Source of the DNA: Octopus vulgaris
Taxonomy: Eukaryota
Length of the DNA: 64,000 nucleotides
NCBI GenBank assembly: GCA_951406725.2
Contig: OX597814.1
Span: forward strand, 10,788,001 to 10,852,000
Reading direction: 5' to 3'
The first letter of the stretch is position 1. Each line of letters begins with the position of its first letter. The position numbers and the translations under genes were made by a program. Below the pieces are notes generated by a model. The model worked only from the letters and a program-made list of their open reading frames with translations. It did no database searches and had not been told where the DNA came from. Positions 41,493 through 53,444 of the stretch are shown here, piece by piece.

Positions 41493-41883
41493 GGATGGAA
41501 ACACTCCGTCGGTTACGACGATGAGGGTTCCGGTTGATCCAAATCAACGGAACAGCCTGCTCGTGAAATTAACGTGTAAGTGGCTGAGCACTCCACAGAC
41601 ACGTGTACCCTTAACGTAGCTCTCGGGGATATTCAGCGTGAAACAGAGAGTGACAAGGCCGGCCCCTTGAAATACAGGTACAACAGAAACAGGAAGTAAG
41701 AGTGAGAGAAAGTTGTGGTGAAAGAGTACAGCAGGGATCACCACCATCCCCTGCCGGAGCCTCGTGGAACCTTTTAGATGTTTTCGCTCAATAAACACTC
41801 ACAACGCCCGGTCTGGGAATCGAAACCGCGATCCTATGACCGCGAATCCGCTGTCCTAACCACTGGGCCATTGAACCTCCACG
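41493..41883 (-). mobile_element. SINE family C variant with a different 3' half; 12-bp TSD
   Basis: Head and body match 31340 and 57565; the 3' region (41493-41685) is unrelated to their tail. TSD ttagacgcatat at 41481-41492 and 41884-41895. Confidence 0.85.
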
Positions 41884-42303
41884 TTAGACGCATATAGTAC
41901 CTCTATCAATTTACGAATGCAAATCAATGTTTGTTTATTAGTAAGTTTTTTTTTCCACTTGCTGAGCGAAAGGTCGTCTCATTATCAGCTCATCACTCGT
42001 TAAGCCTGTTTGTTTGTTTCCTGAAATCTCGCTGTCTACCCTCCATCTTGTAAACATGCTGTCGTCCAACCATGACACTCTACACCATTCCATCGTCCCA
42101 AACAGTAATTCTTCTGCCACCGTGTATTTATATTTGCATTTATCTCCTTGCTCTTACTTCTCTCTCTCTCTTTCCCTCTCTCTCTATCTCCCTCTCTATC
42201 TCCCTCTCTATCTCTCTCTCTCTCACTCTCGTTTTCCTCACCTCTTTCCCCCGTCCAATTCATAACAATTTCTATTTTCGTTTTTCTTTCTTATTCCAAT
42301 CTT

Positions 42304-42451
<148 letters not shown>

Positions 42452-42506
42452 CACCACCACCACCACATCACCACCACCACTACTACTACAACTACTACTA
42501 CTACTG

Positions 42507-42540
<34 letters not shown>

Positions 42541-42800
42541 TACTACTACTATTACTACTATTACTACTACTACTATATTCTTCTCCATCCCTATCATTAC
42601 ACTTCAATTCTTTTCTTTCAAATTGTTGTTATACTTAATCTCCTAAATCTGTCCCTTCTCTATCCCACTATCGCAACCAACACTACTACTGCCTCCTCCT
42701 TAAGAACACCATGACCACGATCATCATCATGATCATCATGAAATCCTTATTAATAGGCTACTAACCATCGCTGTCATCATATATACAATATACATATAGC

Positions 42801-42844
<44 letters not shown>

Positions 42845-42846
<2 letters not shown>

Positions 42847-43100
42847 ACAAAGGGTAAAATTAATTAATTAAGAAGTAATCAATAATTTCACCAAGTAGAA
42901 TTCGGCATGAAAAAGACCATTTCACGGTAAGCTTTAGTAATGCTTTATAATTAGGGTTCAGCAAAGATTTGCTTTACCACATACCGAAGTTTAGAAATAG
43001 CAGTTAAAAAGGAAAAGAAATAGCTAAGGTTTTTTGACTGCTATTTCATCAGAAACTTAGGATATGGTAAAGATCCAAAAAGGAAAACCTAATTATAATA
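42845..43100. mobile_element. Diverged dispersed homologue of the 594-bp array unit, in inverted arrangement
   Basis: 42845-43010 in reverse complement matches unit segment actgctatttctaaa..ttcggtatgtggtaa..catgccgaa..ctacttggtg..aattaattaattt.accct. 43012-43100 matches agaaatagcta..tttgactgctatttc in forward orientation. Flanked by (TA)n. Confidence 0.8.
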
Positions 43101-43111
43101 TATACGCATAC

Positions 43112-43232
<121 letters not shown>

Positions 43233-43245
43233 TTATATATCCAGT

Positions 43246-43317
<72 letters not shown>

Positions 43318-43805
43318 TATATATATATAATTATATATACACACATGATTGTAGTGTGTGTTTGGGTTTGTGGTTTCCTCTCCCACTCACTGCTTGACAA
43401 CCGGTGTTGGTTATTGATGTCCAGGAAACATAGAAATTCGACATTTAATGGAGTAAGCAACTCGTTGTGGTGCCCTTTACACAACCGAAGTCCAGAGTCT
43501 ATATGCATTTTTAGAGTAAAATGATGATGTGACTATGTGTGTGAATGGGTGCTTGTCCATATGAATGTTTGTATGTGTATCAGGCACGGCTAAATTCGAA
43601 CCTGTTCACACTAAAAGTTCTACTCAAGAAGACAACGAATACAGTATTGTATTTGGGAGAAACAACTATAACGTTCTAGATGGTAAACACTGCCAATTCT
43701 GAAAGCTATGGCGGTTATTTCTTGGCCAGGAAGGACTCAGGCATTTCAAAGATAAGTTTTTGGCCTTGAGACACAACTCTCTGCCATTATTATGTAAATG
43801 ATTGA

Positions 43806-43880
<75 letters not shown>

Positions 43881-44038
43881 AATCTTCATCATCATCATCA
43901 TCATCAACATCATCATAATCATCATCATCATTATCACTATCACCATCACCGCTCTCTCACTCACAAGCACACACATATGTATACACACACACATATATAT
44001 ATATATACACACGTGCATAAATACGTACAATATATGTA

Positions 44039-44078
<40 letters not shown>

Positions 44079-44263
44079 CATACATATATACATATATATA
44101 TATATGAGTATGCATGTATGTATATATGTGTATGTGTCTGTCTGTGTGTTTAAATGTATTCATGGATATATGCATATATACTAGATTTGTAATTTTAAAC
44201 ACAACGTAAGTATAGGCGCCCGTAGCTCTATAAATATACACATAGATATGCCGACACAAACAT

Positions 44264-44406
<143 letters not shown>

Positions 44407-44440
44407 GGCATATCTATGTGTATATTTATAGAGCTATGGG

Positions 44441-44553
<113 letters not shown>

Positions 44554-44579
44554 CATACATATATATATATATATATATA

Positions 44580-44950
44580 GGCGCAGGAGTGGCTGTGTGG
44601 TAAGTAGCTTGCTAACCAACCACACGGTTGCGGGTTCAGTCCACTGCGTGGCATCTTGGGCAAGTGTCTTCTGCTATAGCCCCGGGCCGACCAATGCCTT
44701 GTGAGTGGATTTGGTAGACGGAAACTGAAAGAAGCCTGTCGTATATATGTATATATATGTATGCGTGTGTTTGTGTGTCTGTGTTTGTCCCCCTAGCATT
44801 GCTTGACAACCGATGCTGGTGTGTTTAGGTCCCCGTCACTTAGCGGTTCGGCAAAAAGAGACCGATAGAATAAGTACTAAAAGGTGGTGCTCCAGCATGG
44901 CCGCAGTCAAATGACTGAAACAAGTAAAAGAGTAAAAGAGTATAAAAGAG
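44580..44950 (+). mobile_element. Young SINE family A
   Basis: Nearly identical to 7951-8360 with a short internal deletion; flanked by (TA)n. Confidence 0.9.
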
Positions 44951-45548
44951 TATATATATATATATATAAACATATCACATGCACACACTTCACGCTAAAC
45001 GTATACAATACCTGCAGTCACCCATTTTACAGACAGCGACACATATAAACAGCAAGTATTATCGCTAAAGCCTGTTATTACCTTTACATTAATTCTTACA
45101 ACTGGTATTAATGGTTTTATGTATTCTTTTTACATTCTGTTTCAATTTTTTTTTTTGTTCTGATGTGTTTGTTTGTGTATGTGTGTGCTTGTGAGTGAGC
45201 GTATGTGTGTGAGTGTGTGAGTGTGTGTGAGTGTATGTGTTTAGGAACTGTTTGTGTGTTTGTGTTACTTTAACATTTTTCACACTGTTTTTAATGGACA
45301 GACCAATGGCTGGAATTTCGCCCATATTGTCTTCCTGTGTGGTCGATAGAATTTCATTACCCTCAGTCGGTGCCATTGTGTCTGTTGGTTATGTTATATA
45401 TTCCGACAGTCTAAGCAATTGGTTGATAGCTTCTGATAACGTTGTTACTCAGAAGCCTAGATTTAAGAAGAATCAAAATAAAAGATAAAACTGGTTTCCT
45501 AAAAGATGCGCAATGTCACACATTTTGGGTGGGGAATAATAGTAGATT

Positions 45549-45596
<48 letters not shown>

Positions 45597-46156
45597 CGCT
45601 GTGTATATACATACAAGTATTTGACATTAGATAAAATAAAAAGCAAGTCCGACAGAAGAGATTTGAAATCAAGGCGCAAATAAACAGCGCATAAAAACGG
45701 AAGACACTTTCTCTGTCGATTCTCTTATCCGAGCCCTGAAACATTTCTTGATGAAGACCAATTTCCGCGTCAAGTGAAGTTGAACAATGTTGCTACCTTT
45801 ATTCTTTCATTGTATAACTGGCAAGGCTTTCATATATCTTTCTCTTTTACTTGTTTCACTCATTGTACTGTGGCCATGCTGGGGCTACAGTCTTCAAAGA
45901 TTTAGTGGAACGCAACAACACCAATGCTAATTTTTTTCATAGTCTAATATTTATTCTAAGTTATGATAGGTCATGTGTACGTAATCAAATTAACACCGGT
46001 TATCAAGCAGTGGCTGGATTATCATTGCGAACACTAACACAACACACTTACACACACACACACGCGTACATACATACATATATGGAAATTGGTGGACAAA
46101 TATACGAGAGCCTGGTCTCTCTCTCTCTCTGTCTCTCTCTCTGTATATGTATATAT

Positions 46157-46227
<71 letters not shown>

Positions 46228-46229
<2 letters not shown>

Positions 46230-46327
46230 TCCTTCTTCCTTACCTTTCCTGAGCGTCCAATAGCACTATATTTGTTCCACGTCCTCGCGTTGTTGTGTTT
46301 TCTCTTTGTTTTCATGTTTGGATTAAC

Positions 46328-46330
<3 letters not shown>
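46228..46330 (+). mobile_element. Fragment of the hammerhead-bearing element seen at 30180-30385
   Basis: ctttcctgagcgtccaata..actatatttgttccacgtcctcgcgtt..tgtttggattaac is shared; lies between (TA)n tracts. Confidence 0.75.
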
Positions 46331-46392
<62 letters not shown>

Positions 46393-47182
46393 TGACTGAG
46401 AGAGATACGCCAGGCTCCTGCACATTTGTCTACCAATTTCCCCATCACAAGGGTATAACGGAAGACGCCTAACCAAGGTGCCGTGCAGCAGGACTGTACA
46501 CATAATCGTGTGTTGGCGAAACGCGCATCTTAACCACACAGCCATGCTGCACCTATCTGATAGATACAAATAATAGATACAAAATTCAGTTTTCTCCCAC
46601 GTCCTCTCTCAAACCATTTTTTCCCCCATTTATATTTACTTAACACTAAATTTCAGTTATGCAATATAAGAAAATCTTTAACATAAGTATGACAATATGT
46701 ATAATACACATTTACAAAACTTATTTGTTCGGTAAAAAAAAATCTTCATTCACAGTTTGTCCTATGATATTTCCAATTTCTATCCAGCACTGAGAAGCAT
46801 CGGAGCGATATGCTTACGTTGCTTTAAAGCAGGGTGACTCAACCGGGATCCATATCGACCCTGAGCGCCCATATAAGATTTTGGGGGGTCCACTATAGTA
46901 AATCGAGGGGTCCACGGTAATTTTTCAGGGACCATGTTAGAATTGTGCTTCAGACCAGTATATGACGGGCTTCTTTCAGTTTCCGTCAACCAAATTCACT
47001 GACAAGGCTTTGGTCGACCCGAGGTTATAGTAGTAGACACATCTCCAGGGTGCCAAGTAGAGGTATTAAACGTGGAACCATGTGGTTAGGAAGCAGACTT
47101 CTTACCACACAGCCACGCCTATGCATATAAATATATATATGTATGTGTATGCGTGTCTGTCTGTCTGTGTCTTTGTGTGTGC

Positions 47183-47314
<132 letters not shown>

Positions 47315-47877
47315 GGTGTGTGTGTGTGTATGTGTATGTATGTATATATGTATGTATATTATATTATATTATATACACTTACCTTCGCGTCTGTGTATAT
47401 ATATATGTACGTGCTTATGTTCACCTTTCGGTGCGTTGCTTCACATCACATATATGTACAACGGACGTACGCATGAATATTTCTACTTCATATTATCTGT
47501 AATTCCAATAAAAATCTATGAAGCTTCTCATCTGAGTTGCAGTGAAACCGGATAAAGCAGTGATGAGAAGTATACAGTAAGGAAATGAAGTATCAATAGA
47601 TCGGATTACAAGGGTTGATCACCTGTGATCAAGTTGGCACTAGATTCTTAAATCCTACTCGCGGATTTTTAGCTGAAATCTGTGAAAAGCCGAGGTGACA
47701 GAAGATTTTGTAGGTGAAGTAGATGTATGTAAGATATACGTAACGAAAGCAAGAAAAGTAAGAACAGAAGAATCGAAAAAAAAGGTAAAATAAATAAGAA
47801 ATATGAAATTTTGAAATGTAATAATAATAATAATGCTAAGAATCCTCTGTGCACGTAATACGCGTGTGTACACGAGT

Positions 47878-47914
<37 letters not shown>

Positions 47915-48157
47915 ACTATGAATACATATGTATATTCAAGTACATGTGTGTGTGAGAGAGAGAGAGAGTGAGAGGAAGAGAGAGAGAAAGAGTGTGCGCA
48001 TGTTTGTGTGTATGTATATTTGTGTGTGTGTGTGCGTAAGTATATATATGTATATATGTTTATATGCGTATTTATGTAGTGGGTACAGAGGTGGGAAGAA
48101 CAAGAAGAGGAAGGAGGAGGAGAAGAAGAAGAAGAAGAAGAAGAAGAAGAAGAAGAA

Positions 48158-48221
<64 letters not shown>

Positions 48222-48767
48222 CAGAAGAATCGTGTGTGTATGCACACATACTTACATGTATATATATATATATATAACTTAAAATTGTATGATAGATTGC
48301 CGTCAATTCATTCCCTCTTACCTGTTTGTGTCTGCCTTCCAATTGCTGTTTTTACTGAGATCTCCCTTTTTAGTAGAAGAAATAGCTATAACTCTTTGAC
48401 TGCTATTTCTAAATTCGGTATGTGGTAAGGCAATTCGTTGCCAAACCCTTTATTGCTTAGTATTACTTAAATTTTCCTCGAATGAGGCTTTTACATGCCG
48501 AAGACTACTTGGTGTAATTGATAATTATTCCAAATTAATTAATTTCACCCTTCATTATTACGGATAACCATATTTTATCTCAGTAGATGACCACAGCATC
48601 TTGTTTTGGCTACACGCGGGTGGGAAGGGGCTGGTGACACAATCTTTTCATTCACACATTGAATTTGGTGATACTAGTTGCGGATTCTAGCTCGCTCTGA
48701 TACTGAGTTGAGTTGATGCCTTCTAGTATCTCAAAATTCAATATATAATCATTTATGATTATAGTAT

Positions 48768-48868
48768 TCTACGCTGAAGAGAAAAGAAGTTCTTGGTAAG
48801 ATAGAATTATTTAATATTTAATTCTTATGCTTTCCTAAAAACTTGATTTCGAAACGTACGTCCGTAGA
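48768..48868 (+). ncRNA. Type I hammerhead ribozyme, copy 1 (predicted cleavage after C48862)
   Basis: tctacg-CTGAAGA-gaaa[62 nt]tttc-GAAA-cgtac-GTC-cgtaga. 6-bp helix I, intact CUGANGA/GAAA/GUC core, G-C closing pair of helix II, palindromic ACGTACGT helix III. Confidence 0.85.
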
Positions 48869-49361
48869 TAACTTAAAATTGTATGATAGATTGCCGTCAA
48901 TTCATTCCCTCTTACCTGTTTGTGTCTGCCTTCCAATTGCTGTTTTTACTGAGATCTCCCTTTTTAGTAGAAGAAATAGCTATAACTCTTTGACTGCTAT
49001 TTCTAAATTCGGTATGTGGTAAGGCAATTCGTTGCCAAACCCTTTATTGCTTAGTATTACTTAAATTTTCCTCGAATGAGGCTTTTACATGCCGAAGACT
49101 ACTTGGTGTAATTGATAATTATTCCAAATTAATTAATTTCACCCTTCATTATTACGGATAACCATATTTTATCTCAGTAGATGACCACAGCATCTTGTTT
49201 TGGCTACACGTGGGTGGGAAGGGGCTGGTGACACAATGTTTTCATTCACACATTGAATTTGGTGATACTAGTTGCGGATTCTAGCTCGCTCTGATACTGA
49301 GTTGAGTTGATGCCTTCTAGTATCTCAAAATTCAATATATAATCATTTATGATTATAGTAT

Positions 49362-49462
49362 TCTACGCTGAAGAGAAAAGAAGTTCTTGGTAAGATAGAA
49401 TTATTTAATATTTAATTCTTATGCTTTCCTAAAAACTTGATTTCGAAACGTACGTCCGTAGA
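49362..49462 (+). ncRNA. Type I hammerhead ribozyme, copy 2 (cleavage after 49456)
   Basis: Same sequence as copy 1. Confidence 0.85.
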
Positions 49463-49955
49463 TAACTTAAAATTGTATGATAGATTGCCGTCAATTCATT
49501 CCCTCTTACCTGTTTGTGTCTGCCTTCCAATTGCTGTTTTTACTGAGATCTCCCTTTTTAGTAGAAGAAATAGCTATAACTCTTTGACTGCTATTTCTAA
49601 ATTCGGTATGTGGTAAGGCAATTCGTTGCCAAACCCTTTATTGCTTAGTATTACTTAAATTTTCCTCGAATGAGGCTTTTACATGCCGAAGACTACTTGG
49701 TGTAATTGATAATTATTCCAAATTAATTAATTTCACCCTTCATTATTACGGATAACCATATTTTATCTCAGTAGATGACCACAGCATCTTGTTTTGGCTA
49801 CACGCGGGTGGGAAGGGGCTGGTGACACAATCTTTTCATTCACACATTGAATTTGGTGATACTAGTTGCGGATTCTAGCTCGCTCTGATACTGAGTTGAG
49901 TTGATGCCTTCTAGTATCTCAAAATTCAATATATAATCATTTATGATTATAGTAT

Positions 49956-50056
49956 TCTACGCTGAAGAGAAAAGAAGTTCTTGGTAAGATAGAATTATTT
50001 AATATTTAATTCTTATGCTTTCCTAAAAACTTGATTTCGAAACGTACGTCCGTAGA
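49956..50056 (+). ncRNA. Type I hammerhead ribozyme, copy 3 (cleavage after 50050)
   Basis: Same sequence as copy 1. Confidence 0.85.
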
Positions 50057-50548
50057 TAACTTAAAATTGTATGATAGATTGCCGTCAATTCATTCCCTCT
50101 TACCTGTTTGTGTCTGCCTTCCAATTGCTGTTTTTACTGAGATCTCCTTTTTAGTAGAAGAAATAGCTATAACTCTTTGACTGCTATTTCTAAATTCGGT
50201 ATGTGGTAAGGCAATTCGTTGCCAAACCCTTTATTGCTTAGTATTACTTAAATTTTCCTCGAATGAGGCTTTTACATGCCGAAGACTACTTGGTGTAATT
50301 GATAATTATTCCAAATTAATTAATTTCACCCTTCATTATTACGGATAACCATATTTTATCTCAGTAGATGACCACAGCATCTTGTTTTGGCTACACGCGG
50401 GTGGGAAGGGGCTGGTGACACAATCTTTTCATTCACACATTGAATTTGGTGATACTAGTTGCGGATTCTAGCTCGCTCTGATACTGAGTTGAGTTGATGC
50501 CTTCTAGTATCTCAAAATTCAATATATAATCATTTATGATTATAGTAT

Positions 50549-50649
50549 TCTACGCTGAAGAGAAAAGAAGTTCTTGGTAAGATAGAATTATTTAATATTT
50601 AATTCTTATGCTTTCCTAAAAACTTGATTTCGAAACGTACGTCCGTAGA
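50549..50649 (+). ncRNA. Type I hammerhead ribozyme, copy 4 (cleavage after 50643)
   Basis: Same sequence as copy 1. Confidence 0.85.
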
Positions 50650-50833
50650 TAACTTAAAATTGTATGATAGATTGCCGTCAATTCATTCCCTCTTACCTGT
50701 TTGTGTCTGCCTTCCAATTGCTGTTTTTACTGAGATCTCCTTTTAGTAGAAGAAATAGCTATAACTCTTTGACTGCTATTTCTAAATTCGGTATGTGGTA
50801 AGGCAATTCGTTGCCAAACCCTTTATTGCTTAG

Positions 50834-50864
<31 letters not shown>

Positions 50865-50952
50865 ATACACACATGCGCATATATATTGATATATCTATCT
50901 ATCTATATACATATATACATATATATATATATATAGATATATAGATATATAG

Positions 50953-51013
<61 letters not shown>

Positions 51014-51014
51014 G

Positions 51015-51175
51015 GGCGCAGGAGTGGCTGCGTGAAACGAAACTTGCTTCCCAAACACATGATTCTAGGTTCGGTCCCATTGCGTTGCATCTTGGGCAAA
51101 TGTCTTCCACTATATCGTCGAGTCGACGAAAGCCTTGTGAGTGAATTGGTAGAAGGAAACTGAAAGAAGCCCGTC

Positions 51176-51271
<96 letters not shown>

Positions 51272-51406
51272 ATGACGGGCTTGGCCTGCTCGCTTAGCCA
51301 GCGGGGTGGCGTCATTCGAAGGCTAAAACAATACCAACGCATTGTGACCAGCGATGTGTAGCAACATCTGATGGTCTGGTCGGTCACGTGACGTGATATA
51401 TATATA

Positions 51407-51437
<31 letters not shown>

Positions 51438-51645
51438 AGATATAGATATAGATATAGATATATGTATCTGTGTTTGGTCCCCGCACCATCGCTTGATAAC
51501 CGATGTTGGTGTGTTTACGTCACTGTAACTTTGCGGTTCGGCAAAAGAGACCGACAGAATAAAGAATAAGTCCTGGAGTCGATTTGTTCGACTAAAGGCG
51601 GTGCTCCAGCACAGCCGCAATAAAATGACTGAAATAAGTAAAAGA
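51015..51645 (+). mobile_element. SINE family A with a 5'-truncated SINE C (51281-51395) nested in its microsatellite
   Basis: A head at 51015, C 3' half ttggcctgctcgcttagcc..ggtcacgtgacgtga, A tail at about 51598-51645. Confidence 0.8.
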
Positions 51646-51723
51646 ATAATACACACGCACACACACTCACACACACATACACACACACACATATATATCA
51701 TATTATATTATATTATATTATAT

Positions 51724-52166
51724 TGTCTCCTTGGTTAGCTCATTAAGATAGTGCTTTTGTTGGCTATTGAGCTGTTTTGACTCTTATTTCTAGCAATACC
51801 GGTGCTGATTAGTACCCTTGTTCACTTTCATGACTTTAAGTTGTAAAATTGTGAATTAGCCACCCGTATTATTTATAATTTTCACTTTTACCGTTTTTGA
51901 AATCAGCGTATGATCTCAACGGAAATCTTATAAGCTGACAAGACGCAAGGAGTTTAACCTTAGGCTCGGGAGAGCCACTGATGAACGTTAAGACGCATTA
52001 AGCATCAGAACGCGAAATCATCGGTGATTGGCTATATCTGTGACCATAGGGAGCGTGTCTCCCTTGCCAGCTCATTATGATCGCGCCTTTGCTGGCTCTT
52101 GAGTTGTTTTGACTCTTATTGCTAGCAATATCGAAACTGACTTGTGCTCTTGTTCACTTTAGTGAC
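51724..52166 (+). mobile_element. About 332-bp monomer plus about 110-bp terminal direct repeat with central hammerhead-like motif
   Basis: Diverged direct repeats at 51724-51834 and 52056-52166; AT-rich simple-repeat flanks. Confidence 0.65.
51973..52033 (+). ncRNA. Type I hammerhead-like motif (slightly decayed)
   Basis: agcca-CTGATGA-acgtt[19 nt]aacgc-GAAA-tca tcgg tga-T-tggct. The first helix II pair is A-C and the cleavage-site base appears to be missing. Confidence 0.6.
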
Positions 52167-52293
52167 GTATATATCTTTGCCTTTATGCTCTAAAATTGAA
52201 CGGACGTATGGGTGTGTGTGTGTGTGTGTGTGTGTATCTTTGTACTTGTGTTTGTCCCCCATATACAAACACATACACACACACATGAACACG

Positions 52294-52334
<41 letters not shown>

Positions 52335-52584
52335 ATATATATTTATGCATATATGTATATACGATGGGCTTCTTTTAGTTTCTCTTTAAGGCACTTGCCC
52401 AAGGTGTCACGCAGTAAAAATAAACGCAGAACCATGTGTTTGGGAAGCTGACTTCTTACCACACAGGACGGTTAAAAAAATTACCTTTGAAAGAATAACC
52501 TCCCGATTTCGATTCCACTGTGTGACATCTCGGGCATATATCTATTACCATAGATATGAATCGATCGGAGCCTTTTAGATGAAA

Positions 52585-52968
52585 CTAGCAGTATCGCCCG
52601 GCGTTGCTCAGGTTTGTAAGGGAAATAACTATAAAGCATTTTTAGAGAGTTATAGCCAAAAAATAGCAAAAAACTGGAAAAAAATGATGGCAAATTTTTT
52701 TGAGAGTTAAAAAAGGTGGAGTTGCATCCCCCAGACAGTTTGTGGTTCGTGTTTCTGATTCTCGACCCCATGTCGAATTTATCAATTTTTTCAGAACTGG
52801 GGGAACTTTTCAAAATTTTCGCTGCGTTAGTTTTGAATTATGACATTGGGCTATGTGTGTGTCAAGTTTCATCAGAATCGGTTGAAAGCCGTGGTCAGGG
52901 TGAGGGTACAAGCAAACAGACACACAGAAACACGCACAGACAAACTGCCGTTTATATATAGAGAGAGA
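52585..52968 (-). mobile_element. Non-autonomous Helitron
   Basis: Minus strand starts TCtctctctatatataaa and ends in a GC-rich hairpin followed by ..gCTAG. Inserted between A and T with no TSD. A related end occurs at about 57385-57500. Confidence 0.8.
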
Positions 52969-53444
52969 TAACTTGGATGGACAGAAACTTTTATGAAGCA
53001 TGTCGAATGGATTCTACAAACAATTCTAAGGTACAGCTTTGTCGTGCCGTTTCTGCGTAAGTGGCCTTACTCAGAGGATCTCCTGTATAATAAAACTATA
53101 TAAGCCATGTATTCATACATAGTTCTTGTCCTGTGGTTACTTTTTCTCTCCACGCATTGTAACCTGTCTTCGCAACGTCACTTTCATTCGACGCCCTTTT
53201 GACAAATAAATGGAATCATCATCGTCACCATCGTCGTCATCATCATCATCATTGTCATCAACATCATCATCATCATCACAACCACTACCACTCATTTCGG
53301 AAAGCACCGATTTGATGCTCTTAGGAATGCGCGCCAATCTACGAAATTGCATTGCATGTGAGTGTAGGACAACCCCGTTTCCACCAACTAGAACAAAAAC
53401 CCCTCGGACAAAACTCCACACGTTAAAGAGCGAAATATATCCCT

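Larger units (their letters stand above)
48274..50836 (+). mobile_element. 594-bp tandem array (4 full units plus about 190-bp partial); candidate non-LTR retrozyme or non-autonomous Penelope-like element
   Basis: Units start at 48274, 48868, 49462, 50056 and 50649. I saw only about 4 differences among units. No long ORF, (TA)n on both flanks, one hammerhead per full unit. Confidence 0.85.

Noticed and set aside
48274-50836. Array interpreted as CRISPR, rDNA/5S, or LTR retrotransposon
   Set aside because: No unique spacers, no rRNA similarity, no TG..CA LTR/PBS or ORF; units are contiguous near-identical repeats.
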